Source: an uncultured Verrucomicrobiae bacterium
Lineage (GTDB): Bacteria > Verrucomicrobiota > Verrucomicrobiia > Limisphaerales > Palsa-1400
Reading direction: 5' to 3'
DNA length: 64,000 nucleotides
Assembly: GCA_963764165.1 (NCBI GenBank)
Contig: CAVXRD010000002.1
Span: 2,656,001 to 2,720,000, forward strand
Shown here: piece by piece, positions 1-10,261 of the stretch
Layout of the letters: every line of letters starts with the position of its first letter
Position numbering within the stretch: the stretch's first letter is position 1
The notes under the pieces: model-generated
Databases searched by the model: none
What the model was told of the DNA's origin: nothing
The model's input: the letters and a program-made list of their open reading frames with translations, nothing else
Translations under genes and position numbers: made by a program

Positions 1-2
1 AT

Positions 3-167
3 GCCCTCGGCGTGCTGCGCGATCCGTCCAAGCGGAAAAATATTCTGCACGCAGCCCGGGAGCTGTTGGATTCTGAATTTTCAACTGAAGTGATGCAATC
101 CCGATGGGAATCGAGCGCTGCGTTTCTATTTGGCAAGCATCAACCCAGTTTTTCGCAAGCCTGCTGA
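3..167 (+). CDS. C-terminal end of a gene running in from the left edge, probably a glycosyltransferase
   Basis: Frame 3 reads ALGVLRDPSKRKNILHAARELLDSEFSTEVMQSRWE...AC* (TGA 165-167), like a GT-B C-terminal helix; co-oriented with downstream GTs. Confidence 0.55.
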   Translation, partial: ALGVLRDPSKRKNILHAARELLDSEFSTEVMQSRWESSAAFLFGKHQPSFSQAC

Positions 168-222
168 CATTTAGCCTGGCGCGCCGTGAGCTTTACATAT
201 CTCCAATGGTGACGGTTGAAAA

Positions 223-1407
223 ATGACAGTGAGATTAGGCAAAGAGCAATCTATTCGCGCTATTGTCATTTCTTCCGTCCGCCCAGAGCCCACGAGCGCG
301 GGACAAATCCTCCTGCACCGGCACCTTGTGAATCAGCCGGGCTTGGAGTGGGAGAGCTTTGGTTCGGAGCCTCCCCGCTTGACGGCCTCGGTCGCCGTCC
401 GCCGCATGGCTGGGCGTCTGGCGCAAACCCGGTGGCGCCGTTTCGCCCACGACTTCTGGGCGTGGCGGGACGGCCGATGGCTGGATCCCTGGCTGCCAAA
501 GGCGCCCCCGGCCGGAGAACAAGTGGTTGTGGTGACCGTCGCGCAAGGAGACGCATTTGGGGCGGCTCTGCGCTTCGCCAAAAAACATCGGTTGCCGCTG
601 GTGACTTTTTTTCATGATTGGGGGCCCGACATGCCTCCTGTCCACTCTCTCTGTCGTGATATGTTAGACCGTCAATTTCGGGACCTTTATCACAAATCGA
701 CAGTTCCGCTATGCATCAGCGAAGGGATGCTTCAGGCGCTGGGCTCAAATGCCGGAGCCCAAGTGCTTCTTCCAATTCCCGAAAAGCGGACGGCAGATTC
801 GCCTGCGCCTCGCAGCCCCCAGCGGCCATTCCGCCTGCTTTATTTGGGGAACCTATTCGAGTATGGGCCGATGCTCGGAGGGGCGTTGGAGACCCTGGCT
901 GATAACCCCAATGTGCGGCTGGAGGTGCGCGGCAGGAACCCGCAGTGGCCGGATGAACTCAAGAAGCAGACAGCGGCATCTGGGACCTGGCTTGAATTTG
1001 CGCCACGAACAGAACTGGATGGCTGGCTGGAAACTGGCGATGCTTTCCTGGTGGCGATGACATTTGAACCGGCGATGCGCAGACGCATGGAAACGTGTTT
1101 TCCCTCGAAAATGCCGGAAATGGCGCAGTTTGAAAAGCCGCTGGTGGTCTGGGGGCCGGACTACTGCTCGGCGGTGCGTTGGGCGCAAATGGGAAACCGG
1201 GCGTTATGCGTCACGGATCCAAGCCCGGCCGCCTTGCGTCAAGCTCTCGAAAAATTGGCGGCTGCGAGGGGCGAACAGCAGCGCCTGGCAGATGCCGCCC
1301 GCAAGGCGGCGCAAACGGATTTCAACCCGGACAAAATCCAGGCGCAATTCATGCAAGGATTGCACAGCGCCGTCAGCCGGCATCTGAGAAATCCGCAGGC
1401 GGGGTGA
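223..1407 (+). CDS. Glycosyltransferase, GT-B fold (GT4-like)
   Basis: 394 aa; FFHDW, LLYLGNL, CFPSKMPEMAQFEKPLVVWGP motifs. Confidence 0.85.
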   Translation: MTVRLGKEQSIRAIVISSVRPEPTSAGQILLHRHLVNQPGLEWESFGSEPPRLTASVAVRRMAGRLAQTRWRRFAHDFWAWRDGRWLDPWLPKAPPAGEQVVVVTVAQGDAFGAALRFAKKHRLPLVTFFHDWGPDMPPVHSLCRDMLDRQFRDLYHKSTVPLCISEGMLQALGSNAGAQVLLPIPEKRTADSPAPRSPQRPFRLLYLGNLFEYGPMLGGALETLADNPNVRLEVRGRNPQWPDELKKQTAASGTWLEFAPRTELDGWLETGDAFLVAMTFEPAMRRRMETCFPSKMPEMAQFEKPLVVWGPDYCSAVRWAQMGNRALCVTDPSPAALRQALEKLAAARGEQQRLADAARKAAQTDFNPDKIQAQFMQGLHSAVSRHLRNPQAG

Positions 1408-1448
1408 GGCAAGCCGCTGGTGGTTTATTGCGCCCGAATTTTAATTCC

Positions 1449-2687
1449 ATGATCGCACACTTTTCAACGACCATCTCCGGCGGGGCAGGGATTGCGGCGC
1501 AACGCTTGCATCTGGCCTTGTGCGAAGCGGGGGTCAAGAGCCGCTACTTTTACAGCTCGGGTGATCCGGTGGATTCCACCATGACTCCCGCTTTCCAGAA
1601 CCGCTCCTTTTTTTGGCGGAACGCAGCCGCCGTGGCCACGAGTTGGAATAACCGCCGAACTGCGGAGGGCGGGCTTGTCCTCAGTCCTCGTTGGATTAGG
1701 AAAACGCCGATACAGGCATTGGCGCCGACACCTCGGATCGTGAATTTCCATTGGGTGGCGCGATGGATGGATCAGCCCAGTTTTTTCGGTTCATTGCCGC
1801 CAGGTCTTCCTCTAGTGTCATCCATTCACGACTTGATTCCGATTACGGGAGGCTGTCATTACCCCGGACAATGCGATGGGTTCACCAAGGGGTGCGGCAA
1901 CTGTCCCCAGTTAAAAAAGCCAGGAATGCGGGATGACAGCTATAAATTCTATCGCATCAAAGACCATTTGTATGGCGGGCGAAATCTCCATTTCGTCGGG
2001 AACAGTGAGTGGACCACTGCGCAAATAAAGCGCTCGGGACTCGCCAAACATAGCAAATCAATCAGGACTATTCATCTGGGCTTGGATGCGGAGCAGTACA
2101 AGCCTGTCGACAAGGCCACCGCCCGCCGCGCGCTGGCGCTGCCGGACGCGCCGTTTGTCATCGGTTTTTCTTGCATGGATTTTGTGGAAAAGCGAAAGGG
2201 AGCGTCCCGTTTGCTGGAAGCGCTTAAGGCGATCCCAGAGCAAAAGTTTCTTGTTGTGACGCTCGGAGCAGGGAAGTGGCCCGAATCGCCAGGCATTAAA
2301 ACCGTCCAGTTAGGGGCGTTGAACAGTCCGAGATTGCAGAGTCTATTTTATTCCGCCTTGGACGTGTTTGCCACCCCCAGTTTGATTGAGACCTTTGGAA
2401 ACACGGCCATGGAGGCGATGGCTTGTGAAACACCGGTTGTAGCCTACGCGGCTGGCGGCCTGACCGATGTGATTGAAGACGGGGTGACCGGACTCATGGA
2501 AAAGGAAATTGGAAGCGTGCCGGGTCTGGTTCGCATGCTCCAGTGGATGTGGAATCATCCGGCAGAACGGGCCGCCATGGGGATTGCAGGCCGGCAGCGC
2601 GTGCTCAAAATGTTCTCAGCTTCATTGATGGCCAGCCGTTACATGGATCTCTATCGTGAATTGATTTCACCGGGCGAAAGCCTTTAA
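1449..2687 (+). CDS. Glycosyltransferase family 4 (WcaC-like)
   Basis: Start moved to ATG 1449 (MIAHFSTTISGGAGIAAQRLH); IHDLIPITGGCHYPGQC, ETFGNTAMEAMACETPVV. Confidence 0.9.
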   Translation: MIAHFSTTISGGAGIAAQRLHLALCEAGVKSRYFYSSGDPVDSTMTPAFQNRSFFWRNAAAVATSWNNRRTAEGGLVLSPRWIRKTPIQALAPTPRIVNFHWVARWMDQPSFFGSLPPGLPLVSSIHDLIPITGGCHYPGQCDGFTKGCGNCPQLKKPGMRDDSYKFYRIKDHLYGGRNLHFVGNSEWTTAQIKRSGLAKHSKSIRTIHLGLDAEQYKPVDKATARRALALPDAPFVIGFSCMDFVEKRKGASRLLEALKAIPEQKFLVVTLGAGKWPESPGIKTVQLGALNSPRLQSLFYSALDVFATPSLIETFGNTAMEAMACETPVVAYAAGGLTDVIEDGVTGLMEKEIGSVPGLVRMLQWMWNHPAERAAMGIAGRQRVLKMFSASLMASRYMDLYRELISPGESL

Positions 2688-2741
2688 TCCTCTTGTTTAT
2701 GGCAGAAATACGAAACCGCTGAGATTTACCCGGACATAAGT

Positions 2742-4769
2742 ATGCTCCCCGACAACAATGCGTTGAAACGCGCCGCAGCCAGCCGCACAATCGGAAGTCC
2801 CGCCGATTCTGTTTCCGAGAGCCTGCCGCATGCCCTTGGCAGCTACCGGCCCGATATAGACGGATTGCGGGCGATCGCTGTAAGCGCGGTTCTTCTTTAT
2901 CACGCTCACTTGGGGCTGCCGGGTGGGTTTATTGGAGTCGATGTATTCTTTGTCATCTCGGGATTCCTAATCACATCGCTCATCTTGAAGGACGCGGAAT
3001 CTTCCAAAGGTTTCGGAATTTTAAATTTTTGGGAGCGGCGAATCCGTCGAATTCTGCCGGCGCTGCTGGTGGTGATTTTAGCTACAATCGCGGGCGGCTG
3101 GTTCGTGCTTCTACCTTCCGACTTCAGCGATCTGGGGAGATCGGTGCTCGCACAAGCGGTATTCGGGGGGAATTTTTACTTCTGGCTCACCGGGGGCTAT
3201 TTTACCGCGCCCGCCGGCCTGAAGCCGCTGCTGCACACGTGGTCCCTCGCCGTCGAAGAACAGTATTATCTTTTTTTCCCGTTGTTATTTCTCCTTGGGG
3301 CATGGAAACGCGCCGCGCTGCGCCTTGTTGTTGGGCTGGCGGCGCTGGCTTCATTTTTCTTGTGTGTTTCCCTGACGCGATCGTCGCCGGAGGCTGGATT
3401 TTATTTATTGCCGTCTCGCGCATGGGAGCTGTTTGGCGGCGCGCTGCTGGCGATGGCGCCTCAAGGCTTCAAACTTGCGGGATGGGCTCGTGAAGCTTTG
3501 GGGTGGGGAGGGCTTCTGGCGGTCGGGTGCTGCCTTTTTCTTTACCACGATACAACTCCATTTCCAGGAGTGGCAGCCTTGCCTCCGTGCCTTGGCACGC
3601 TAATGATGATTTACGCCAATGGCGGCCCGGCGTCATGGCTGGGCCGCGCGCTCTCAGTTCGGCCGCTTGTATTTTTAGGCAAGATTTCTTATTCGCTTTA
3701 CCTTTGGCATTGGCCAATTCTGGTTTATGCGGTGTACTGGCAGGACAGTAACATTCTTCGCTGGTATTACAGGATAGCCTTGCTGGTTCTAAGCGTCATC
3801 CTGGCCACCATCTCGTGCAAATTCGTCGAGATGCCTTTCCGAAGCCGCCGGGTATTTCCGCGCCGCTGGCAAATTTTAACGCTTGGTGTCGCCTCTCCCT
3901 GCTGCCTGGCTTTGCTGGGGGTGGCCCTGGCGGCCTCCCACGGATTCCCTTCGCGATTTCCGGAGTCGGTCCTGCGTTGCGATTTTGGCAAGTCCGCCGC
4001 CTTGGAAATTCCGAAACCTTCGCTCGATTTGAATTCTTCCTTGGAAACCGCCCAAAGCGGGGCTTTTCCGTGCGCAGGCAAGTCCAATTCTCCTGTCCAA
4101 TGCCTGGTCTGGGGAGACAGCCACGCCATGGCCATCTTTCCCGCCTTCGATAAACTTGCCATGGATTCCGGAACGAGGGTCGCATTTGCGGCCCACGTTG
4201 CCACATGCCCGGTGTTGGATTACCTAAGCCGCGATCCCAACAGCATGCGAACCGCTTCAGCCAAGTGGTCGGAGGCCATAGTGAACGATGTTCAAAGGGA
4301 CCGCATCCCCAATGTTGTCTTGGCCGCAAATTGGCTGATGTATTTTGGGCAATTCGAGACTCACGATCCAGCCGCGGTTCAAAGAGGCCGTGAAGTATCC
4401 AAGGACTTGGCGGCTACGGTCGTCGCTTTGCGCAAAGCGGGCGCAAAGGTTTGGATTCTAAAGACTGTTCCTCCGCAGCCGGTGGATGTGCATATGGCGC
4501 TGGCCAAGGCGGCTTTGAGAAACACCTCGACAGACATCGGTGTCACAAAATCAAACTATATGACTTTTTCCCGGGCGGAAGACGCGTTGTTTGCGCCAGC
4601 CGTTTCAAGCGGGGCGGAAATCCTGGATCCTTCCCGGTTCTTTTTTGAAGGCCGGCAGACATGCCTCCTGGTGTCGTCAGACCGTCTGCTTTACAAAGAT
4701 AGCAATCACGTCACCATAAGCGGCGCCCTGGCTCTCTTGGATCTGTTCCGGCCCACTGTTGCAAGATGA
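2742..4769 (+). CDS. OafA/YrhL-type O-acyltransferase (Acyl_transf_3 plus C-terminal SGNH domain)
   Basis: YRPDIDGLRAIAV, GFIGVDVFFVISGFLIT, HTWSLAVEEQYY; C-terminal GDSHA and DSNH. Confidence 0.93.
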   Translation: MLPDNNALKRAAASRTIGSPADSVSESLPHALGSYRPDIDGLRAIAVSAVLLYHAHLGLPGGFIGVDVFFVISGFLITSLILKDAESSKGFGILNFWERRIRRILPALLVVILATIAGGWFVLLPSDFSDLGRSVLAQAVFGGNFYFWLTGGYFTAPAGLKPLLHTWSLAVEEQYYLFFPLLFLLGAWKRAALRLVVGLAALASFFLCVSLTRSSPEAGFYLLPSRAWELFGGALLAMAPQGFKLAGWAREALGWGGLLAVGCCLFLYHDTTPFPGVAALPPCLGTLMMIYANGGPASWLGRALSVRPLVFLGKISYSLYLWHWPILVYAVYWQDSNILRWYYRIALLVLSVILATISCKFVEMPFRSRRVFPRRWQILTLGVASPCCLALLGVALAASHGFPSRFPESVLRCDFGKSAALEIPKPSLDLNSSLETAQSGAFPCAGKSNSPVQCLVWGDSHAMAIFPAFDKLAMDSGTRVAFAAHVATCPVLDYLSRDPNSMRTASAKWSEAIVNDVQRDRIPNVVLAANWLMYFGQFETHDPAAVQRGREVSKDLAATVVALRKAGAKVWILKTVPPQPVDVHMALAKAALRNTSTDIGVTKSNYMTFSRAEDALFAPAVSSGAEILDPSRFFFEGRQTCLLVSSDRLLYKDSNHVTISGALALLDLFRPTVAR

Positions 4770-4883
4770 CACCGGCCCATGATATCCGGGGGATGAGCGC
4801 AGCCGGACCCATGTCCTTTCCTAGTCACTCGCGATGAATGCCTGGTTTCAATTTCTGAGTCGAACCGACACCGCTCCAGCCTG

Positions 4884-5834
4884 ATGAATATTGTGTTTTG
4901 CGTCGACCGCGGAGTGCTGCCTGGGTTGCATGTGGCCGCGTTTTCCGCTCTGGAAAGAATTCGATTCAGCCCAGAATGCGCGGAAATATCCTTCCATGTA
5001 TTTAGCAATGATCTGGACGAAGCCGACATGGCTCTTCTGCGGCAGACGCTTCGGCCCCTCGACAAGAAATTCACCCTTGCCCTCCGCAGGGTGGATGCCG
5101 CGCAACTGGAGGGTTTCCCACCGCTGAACGCCAGCCTGGCTGCCTATTACCGGCTTTTGGCGGCCCAATTGATCGAGGCGGAGAATTTTCTTTATCTCGA
5201 TGCCGACATTTTATGTGATGCGGACGTGAGCGAATTGAGCCGGCTTGACATTGGCAGCGCGCCAGCCGGGATGGTTGCCGAAGCGCCGATGGCGACTGCC
5301 GTGGACCGGTTTGTGGCCCGGCAATTGGGCGACAGCTCCGCGGAGCCGTACTTCAATTCGGGCGTCATCTGGGTCAATGTGGCCGAATGGCGCCGCCAGC
5401 GAGTCACAGAACGGGCCATGCAATACATCGCGGAGCATCGCCCTCCGTTTTGGGACCAGTCTGCCCTCAACGTCGTTCTCCATCGCAGCGCCTTTCCATT
5501 AAACGAGCGCTTTAACTGCATCACCAACATGAGAAGACATTGGCCTGACCTAAGAAAGCGCGATGGCGCGACGGGCCGGGTCATTCATTTTGTGGATTAT
5601 CCCAAGCCCTGGGGGCTGTTCGGCGAGTTTGTGCATCCGCAATACCGGCGGTGGCGTTCGGTGCTCGATAAAACAGCCATGCGCGGTTTTCGTTCCTGGC
5701 ATGCAACACCGTGCCGCCGGTTTCCCGGAACCCGCAAAGACTGGATTGGATATCGCAAGGCGCTCAAAGACCGCGTCTTGTTTGCGGGCTATTCAAACGG
5801 CTGGTTCAAGCAGGTCAAAGGCGTGGGAAAGTAG
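4884..5834 (+). CDS. Glycosyltransferase family 8
   Basis: YLDADIL (DxD), YFNSGVIWVN, DQSALN, IHFVDYPKPW. Confidence 0.92.
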   Translation: MNIVFCVDRGVLPGLHVAAFSALERIRFSPECAEISFHVFSNDLDEADMALLRQTLRPLDKKFTLALRRVDAAQLEGFPPLNASLAAYYRLLAAQLIEAENFLYLDADILCDADVSELSRLDIGSAPAGMVAEAPMATAVDRFVARQLGDSSAEPYFNSGVIWVNVAEWRRQRVTERAMQYIAEHRPPFWDQSALNVVLHRSAFPLNERFNCITNMRRHWPDLRKRDGATGRVIHFVDYPKPWGLFGEFVHPQYRRWRSVLDKTAMRGFRSWHATPCRRFPGTRKDWIGYRKALKDRVLFAGYSNGWFKQVKGVGK

Positions 5835-5859
5835 ATGAGCCCATTCATCCGGAAAACAA

Positions 5860-6714
5860 ATGAACGTCTCGGTGATGATCACAACTAGGAATCGTGTCGA
5901 AGATTTAAAGCGAACATGCCGCGTATTGCAGCGGCTGAGCCCTCCGCCGCTTGAAATTTTGATCACCGCCGACGGCTGCACCGATGGCACCGCGCAAATG
6001 GTCCCGGCTGAATTGCCTGGCGCAAAATTAATTGTCAACGAGCCGGCGCGGGGATCGGTTGCCTCGCGTGATCGGATGATGCGGGAGGCGCGGGGAGATT
6101 TGGTGCTGGCGCTTGATGACGACAGCTACCCTGAGCAGATTGACTGCATAACTCGCTTTGAGCATTTGTTTGAACAAAATCCAAGGCTCGCGATAGCGCA
6201 TTTTCCGCAGCGAACCGATGAATATCCAGAAACGCTGGCGCAAACGGATTTCGGCCCGGACCGGAAGACGCGTTCGTTTCCCAATTCAGGAGCGGTGCTG
6301 AGGCGCTCGACCTATTTGGAATTGCCCGGCTTCGAGCCGAGCTTTTTCCACGCCTACGAGGAGCCGGATTACGCGCTCCAATGCGTTGCCGCCGGGCATG
6401 AGGTCTGGTTTACTTCGGTCATTAGCATCCGGCACCATTACTCCGGGCAGGGCCGCAGCGAGATGCGCACACACCACAGGCACGCCCGCAACGAGTTCTG
6501 GAGCACGCTCCTGCGGTGCCCTTTGCCGCAAATGCCATTTGTGGCCGCTTATCGGATTCTTTCGCAATTTCGTTACGCTTGCAAGCGCGGCTGGTCCTGG
6601 GCCTTTCGCGAGCCGGCGTGGTGGTGGCAGGCATGGAAGGGCATTCCGCGCTGCCTCAAAAAGCGCAACTCCGTTCCATGGCCGCGATACAAGGCATGGC
6701 TTCAACTCAACTAA
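5860..6714 (+). CDS. Glycosyltransferase family 2
   Basis: VSVMITTRNR, ADGCTDGT, LALDDDSY, YEEPDY. Confidence 0.92.
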   Translation: MNVSVMITTRNRVEDLKRTCRVLQRLSPPPLEILITADGCTDGTAQMVPAELPGAKLIVNEPARGSVASRDRMMREARGDLVLALDDDSYPEQIDCITRFEHLFEQNPRLAIAHFPQRTDEYPETLAQTDFGPDRKTRSFPNSGAVLRRSTYLELPGFEPSFFHAYEEPDYALQCVAAGHEVWFTSVISIRHHYSGQGRSEMRTHHRHARNEFWSTLLRCPLPQMPFVAAYRILSQFRYACKRGWSWAFREPAWWWQAWKGIPRCLKKRNSVPWPRYKAWLQLN

Positions 6715-6944
6715 GAGCGTGTTTTGAAAATGGCTTGGGCGGTCTTGCGGCGGGGCGGGCGGCTGGCTTCCTCCTTCGCCATGGCTACGGAGGACAGGTC
6801 GTTGCTCCTCGGTCGAAGATCCACAAGGGATATTCTCCTTCGTCGAGTCAGAACAAATTAATAGCTGCCCGCTCTGCGGGCTGCCTCGCCATCCGCCCCG
6901 CCGCACTCGCAATCCCTTACCCAGGCTATTTTCAAAACACGCTC
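6715..6944. mobile_element. 230-bp non-autonomous MITE-like element with IS5-type ends
   Basis: 25-bp terminal inverted repeat GAGCGTGTTTTGAAAAT(G/A)GC(T/C)TGGG, 2 mismatches; TAA on both sides (6712-6714, 6945-6947); no coding capacity. Confidence 0.85.
6769..6798 (-). repeat. 30-bp REP-like unit nested inside the MITE
   Basis: Reverse complement CCTGTCCTCCGTAGCCATGGCGAAGGAGGA closely matches 46880-46909. Confidence 0.75.
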
Positions 6945-6990
6945 TAAACCCAATTCGGCAGAAGAATTGCTTGCAATGGAAAAATGGAAT

Positions 6991-8889
6991 ATGAAAAAAA
7001 CTGAAATCCTCCAGTCAACAACAGCGCGCCGTTCGTGGCTTGCCGCCCCGGTGGCGGCGCTTGCCGTCCTGGCCGCATGGGATCCCTCCCTGCGGGCGCA
7101 GTCAACCAATTTAAATGTAGCGAATTTTGGCGCGGTTGGGGACGCTGTCCAACTTTGGGTCAATGCGACCAGCAACTCGACGGTCATCACAACCACCAAC
7201 CAAATCCCCAGCACCGCCGTTGGCGATGCGATTGAGGTGTTTTGCGCGGGCACGCCCACCGGGCCGACAAACAATCAAGATTTGATTGCCACGATAACCC
7301 AGGTGGCTGAAGGCACAAATATCACCATTTCGCTGCCGGCGTGCGCTTCGCTCACCAACGCGTTTGCCACCTACGGGCACAATAACGAAACAAACTTCGC
7401 CAACGCCATCGCCGCCTGCGGGGCGTCCACCAACGCCGTCATCAACATCCCCGCGGGCAAATACCTCTTTCTGACAACTTATTATCCATCCGTTATCTTC
7501 GGAAGCGCCGCCATCGTCCTGCACGCAGGGGGCATTCACTTTGTGGGGGCCGGAAGCAACAACACGACTCTCTTAAGCCAGGGCGCGTGGACAATGCAGG
7601 CAGGGTCAGCGTGGCGGGGCTTCCTTTTTTGCATCAATCCACCCATTACAAACGATTATCCGGTCAGCATCGAGAATCTTACCCTGGATGGCGGTGTGTG
7701 GCAGGGCAACACCAGCAGCCACGGCTTCCCCGCCAGCATTACCAATGGCATGGGCTGGGACGAGACTCACGACGCCATCGTGATTCGGGGCGGCAATGGC
7801 ACACAGAGGGTATTCACCCAGCAAACGTGGACCAACGTCGTGTTCCAGCATTGGCGGGGAGAGATGGTGAAAAGCAATGAAGAAAGCACCAATGGCAATC
7901 TCAACATTTTCAATTGCATCTTCAACGACGGCAATGCGACAGCCATCAACATCTATCCATCGTTGAACATCTCCAACAGTGTTTTCGAGAACCTGTTTCA
8001 AGTGGCGGAGTATTACCAGGCGTACTCGACCAACACCTGCTATTTTCAAAACAACTATGTGACTAACATCACGGGCAATGGTTTTGCCATTAACGGCGGA
8101 AAGGGCACGAATCCGCCGTTTATCATACAGAATAACACCCTGTGTTTTCCCTCCTCCGGTTACAATGGAGTGGAGACAACGCCGGGAGACAATCTATTCA
8201 TCATCAGCAACCACTTTTACTGCCAGCCCCATGGCACAGTTGTCACCATGGGATGCCCCGGCTATCAGGGAACATGGTGCAACAGCAACATCGTGATCGC
8301 CGGGAATATTGTTGAAAATCCGTACGTTTTCGCCGCAATAGCCGGAGGAGGCAGTTCAACAGATCCGAACCGGACGGACACCGTTTCCATATACAACAAT
8401 GTCCTTACAAATGCGTCAAATGCCTTCACCCTGTTTAACTCCTACGGATGGGCGACAAACGTTCATGTCTTCAGCAATGATTGCAGCTCGATCGCCATGG
8501 CAATCACGGCCTCATCCGGCGCCAATGGAAGTCCCTTCGCGCTGGTTGACCTGAACAATTCGTATTATACCTATGTGAATAGTTCCTCGGCCACCACAAA
8601 TTATATCAGTTATAGCAAGGGCTCGCGGTATAAAATAAACTTTAACTACGTGGCTGGCGCTTCGTATGTGCTGACGGCGACGAACTCAAGCCAGATTCCT
8701 GAGGGCGCGCAGATCATGGTTCAAAATGCCACCGCGCAATCCGCCACAGTGCCTCTTTATCTAAACTCTCTCCAGGCAGGAGGCCCATTTTCTCTTGCCA
8801 ACGGGCAATCTGTCACTTTTCAGTGGCAGAATGGGGCCTGGCTGCCATATGTGATGCCGCCCACCGGGTTGCATGTGGTGGGCAATTGA
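6991..8889 (+). CDS. Secreted right-handed beta-helix (pectate-lyase-like fold) protein
   Basis: Signal peptide ending SLRA-Q; NVANFGAVGD, IPAGKY, GIHFVGAG, IENLTLDG and Asn-rich beta-helix repeats. Confidence 0.8.
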   Translation: MKKTEILQSTTARRSWLAAPVAALAVLAAWDPSLRAQSTNLNVANFGAVGDAVQLWVNATSNSTVITTTNQIPSTAVGDAIEVFCAGTPTGPTNNQDLIATITQVAEGTNITISLPACASLTNAFATYGHNNETNFANAIAACGASTNAVINIPAGKYLFLTTYYPSVIFGSAAIVLHAGGIHFVGAGSNNTTLLSQGAWTMQAGSAWRGFLFCINPPITNDYPVSIENLTLDGGVWQGNTSSHGFPASITNGMGWDETHDAIVIRGGNGTQRVFTQQTWTNVVFQHWRGEMVKSNEESTNGNLNIFNCIFNDGNATAINIYPSLNISNSVFENLFQVAEYYQAYSTNTCYFQNNYVTNITGNGFAINGGKGTNPPFIIQNNTLCFPSSGYNGVETTPGDNLFIISNHFYCQPHGTVVTMGCPGYQGTWCNSNIVIAGNIVENPYVFAAIAGGGSSTDPNRTDTVSIYNNVLTNASNAFTLFNSYGWATNVHVFSNDCSSIAMAITASSGANGSPFALVDLNNSYYTYVNSSSATTNYISYSKGSRYKINFNYVAGASYVLTATNSSQIPEGAQIMVQNATAQSATVPLYLNSLQAGGPFSLANGQSVTFQWQNGAWLPYVMPPTGLHVVGN

Positions 8890-8975
8890 CAACACGCCTG
8901 ATTTCAATCCCGGCGCTGGGCAAATAGCGGATGGAACTCCCACATCTTGTTCGCGCTGGAATTTGACCCCTAAAC

Positions 8976-10230
8976 ATGGCCCAGGCACCGATTGCCCCTG
9001 CTTTGTTCCAGCCTCAAACGCGGCAGGAAAACTGGATCTGCTGTCAAATTGGCAGGCGCGAGCATTACGCGGTGCCGCGGGCATTGAACCAGAGTCGCAG
9101 GCTGGCCACCCTTTACACTGATTTTTGGGCCGGGCCCGCCGTTCGCCTCCTTGCGGGAAAGAAGCTGCGCCCGCTGGCCACGAGGTTTCACGCCGATTTG
9201 CCTGATGCGCGAGTGCATTCCTGGAACGCCCGCACATTGGCAGGGCAGGCCATCCGCCCCGGAAGAAGCGAAGGCGCAGGCCCATACCACAGCTTCATTA
9301 AAACGGGCCAGCGTTTTGCGGAGCGCGTTCGCGGCGCGCTTCGAAGCCGGTCTGACTTGGGGCCCGGCTCGATCTTGTTTGCATACGACACCGGGGCTTT
9401 GGAGGCGCTGGAATGGGGCCGCGAGCATGGCATCAAGTGCATTCTGAACCAAATGGATCCCAACCGGATTGAGGTCGCCCAGGTCCGGGAAGAGGAGACG
9501 CGCTGGCCCTCTTGGGCGTTGCGCCCGACATCGGTGCCGGAGGAAATATTTCAGGCGGCGCGAGAAAGAATGGGAGCTGGCGGATCGAATCGTGGTCAAC
9601 TCAGAGTTTTGCCGCCAGGCCATGCTAACCCAGGGAGTGCCATCTGAAAAGCTAGCCGTGGTGCCCTTGAGCTACGAAGCTCCCACCCTTCCGCAAGGGC
9701 GCCCAAACAACCCTTCGCTTCGCGTGCTCTTTCTAGGCCAGGTTATTCTGCGCAAGGGAGTTCAATACTTGCTGGGCGCCGCGCGGCTGCTCGAACGCGA
9801 GAGCATTCGGTTTGATGTCGTCGGGCAGATCGGCATTTCGGAGGCGGCTATTCGCGAAGCGCCATCCAACGTGGCCTTTCACGGCCAGGCCACCCGTGAT
9901 CAAGCGGAAAACTGGTATCGCCAGGCCGATGTTTTTGTTCTGCCGACACTTTCTGACGGGTTCGCCATAACGCAACTGGAGGCCATGGCGCACGGTTTGC
10001 CAGTGATAACAACCCCTTGCTGCGGCGACGTCGTCACAGATGGGGTGGATGGGTTCATTGTTCCACCCCGAAATAAAATCGCGCTGGCCGAAACGCTCCT
10101 GCGCTACCAAAGGGAATCAAGCCTGCTGGCCTCTCAACAACACGCGGCCGTGGCGAAGGCAAAACAATTCACCCAGGCGCGCCTGTCCATGAATTTAATT
10201 GCGCTGGAACAATCACTTTTAGGCAATTGA
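8976..10230 (+). pseudogene. GT4 glycosyltransferase split by a +1 frameshift (or sequencing error)
   Basis: ORFs 8976-9647 and 9469-10230 join into one GT4 (..VPEE/YFRRREKEWELADRIVVNS..SDGFAITQLEAMAHGLPV) if one A is removed from 9544-9546. Confidence 0.8.
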
Positions 10231-10261
10231 AATGAGCTCTGCTGGCTGGTAGGCTCGCGCC

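Noticed and set aside
1179..1448. N-terminal extension of the 502-aa ORF given in the ORF track
   Set aside because: Overlaps the upstream GT; GT4 similarity begins at ATG 1449
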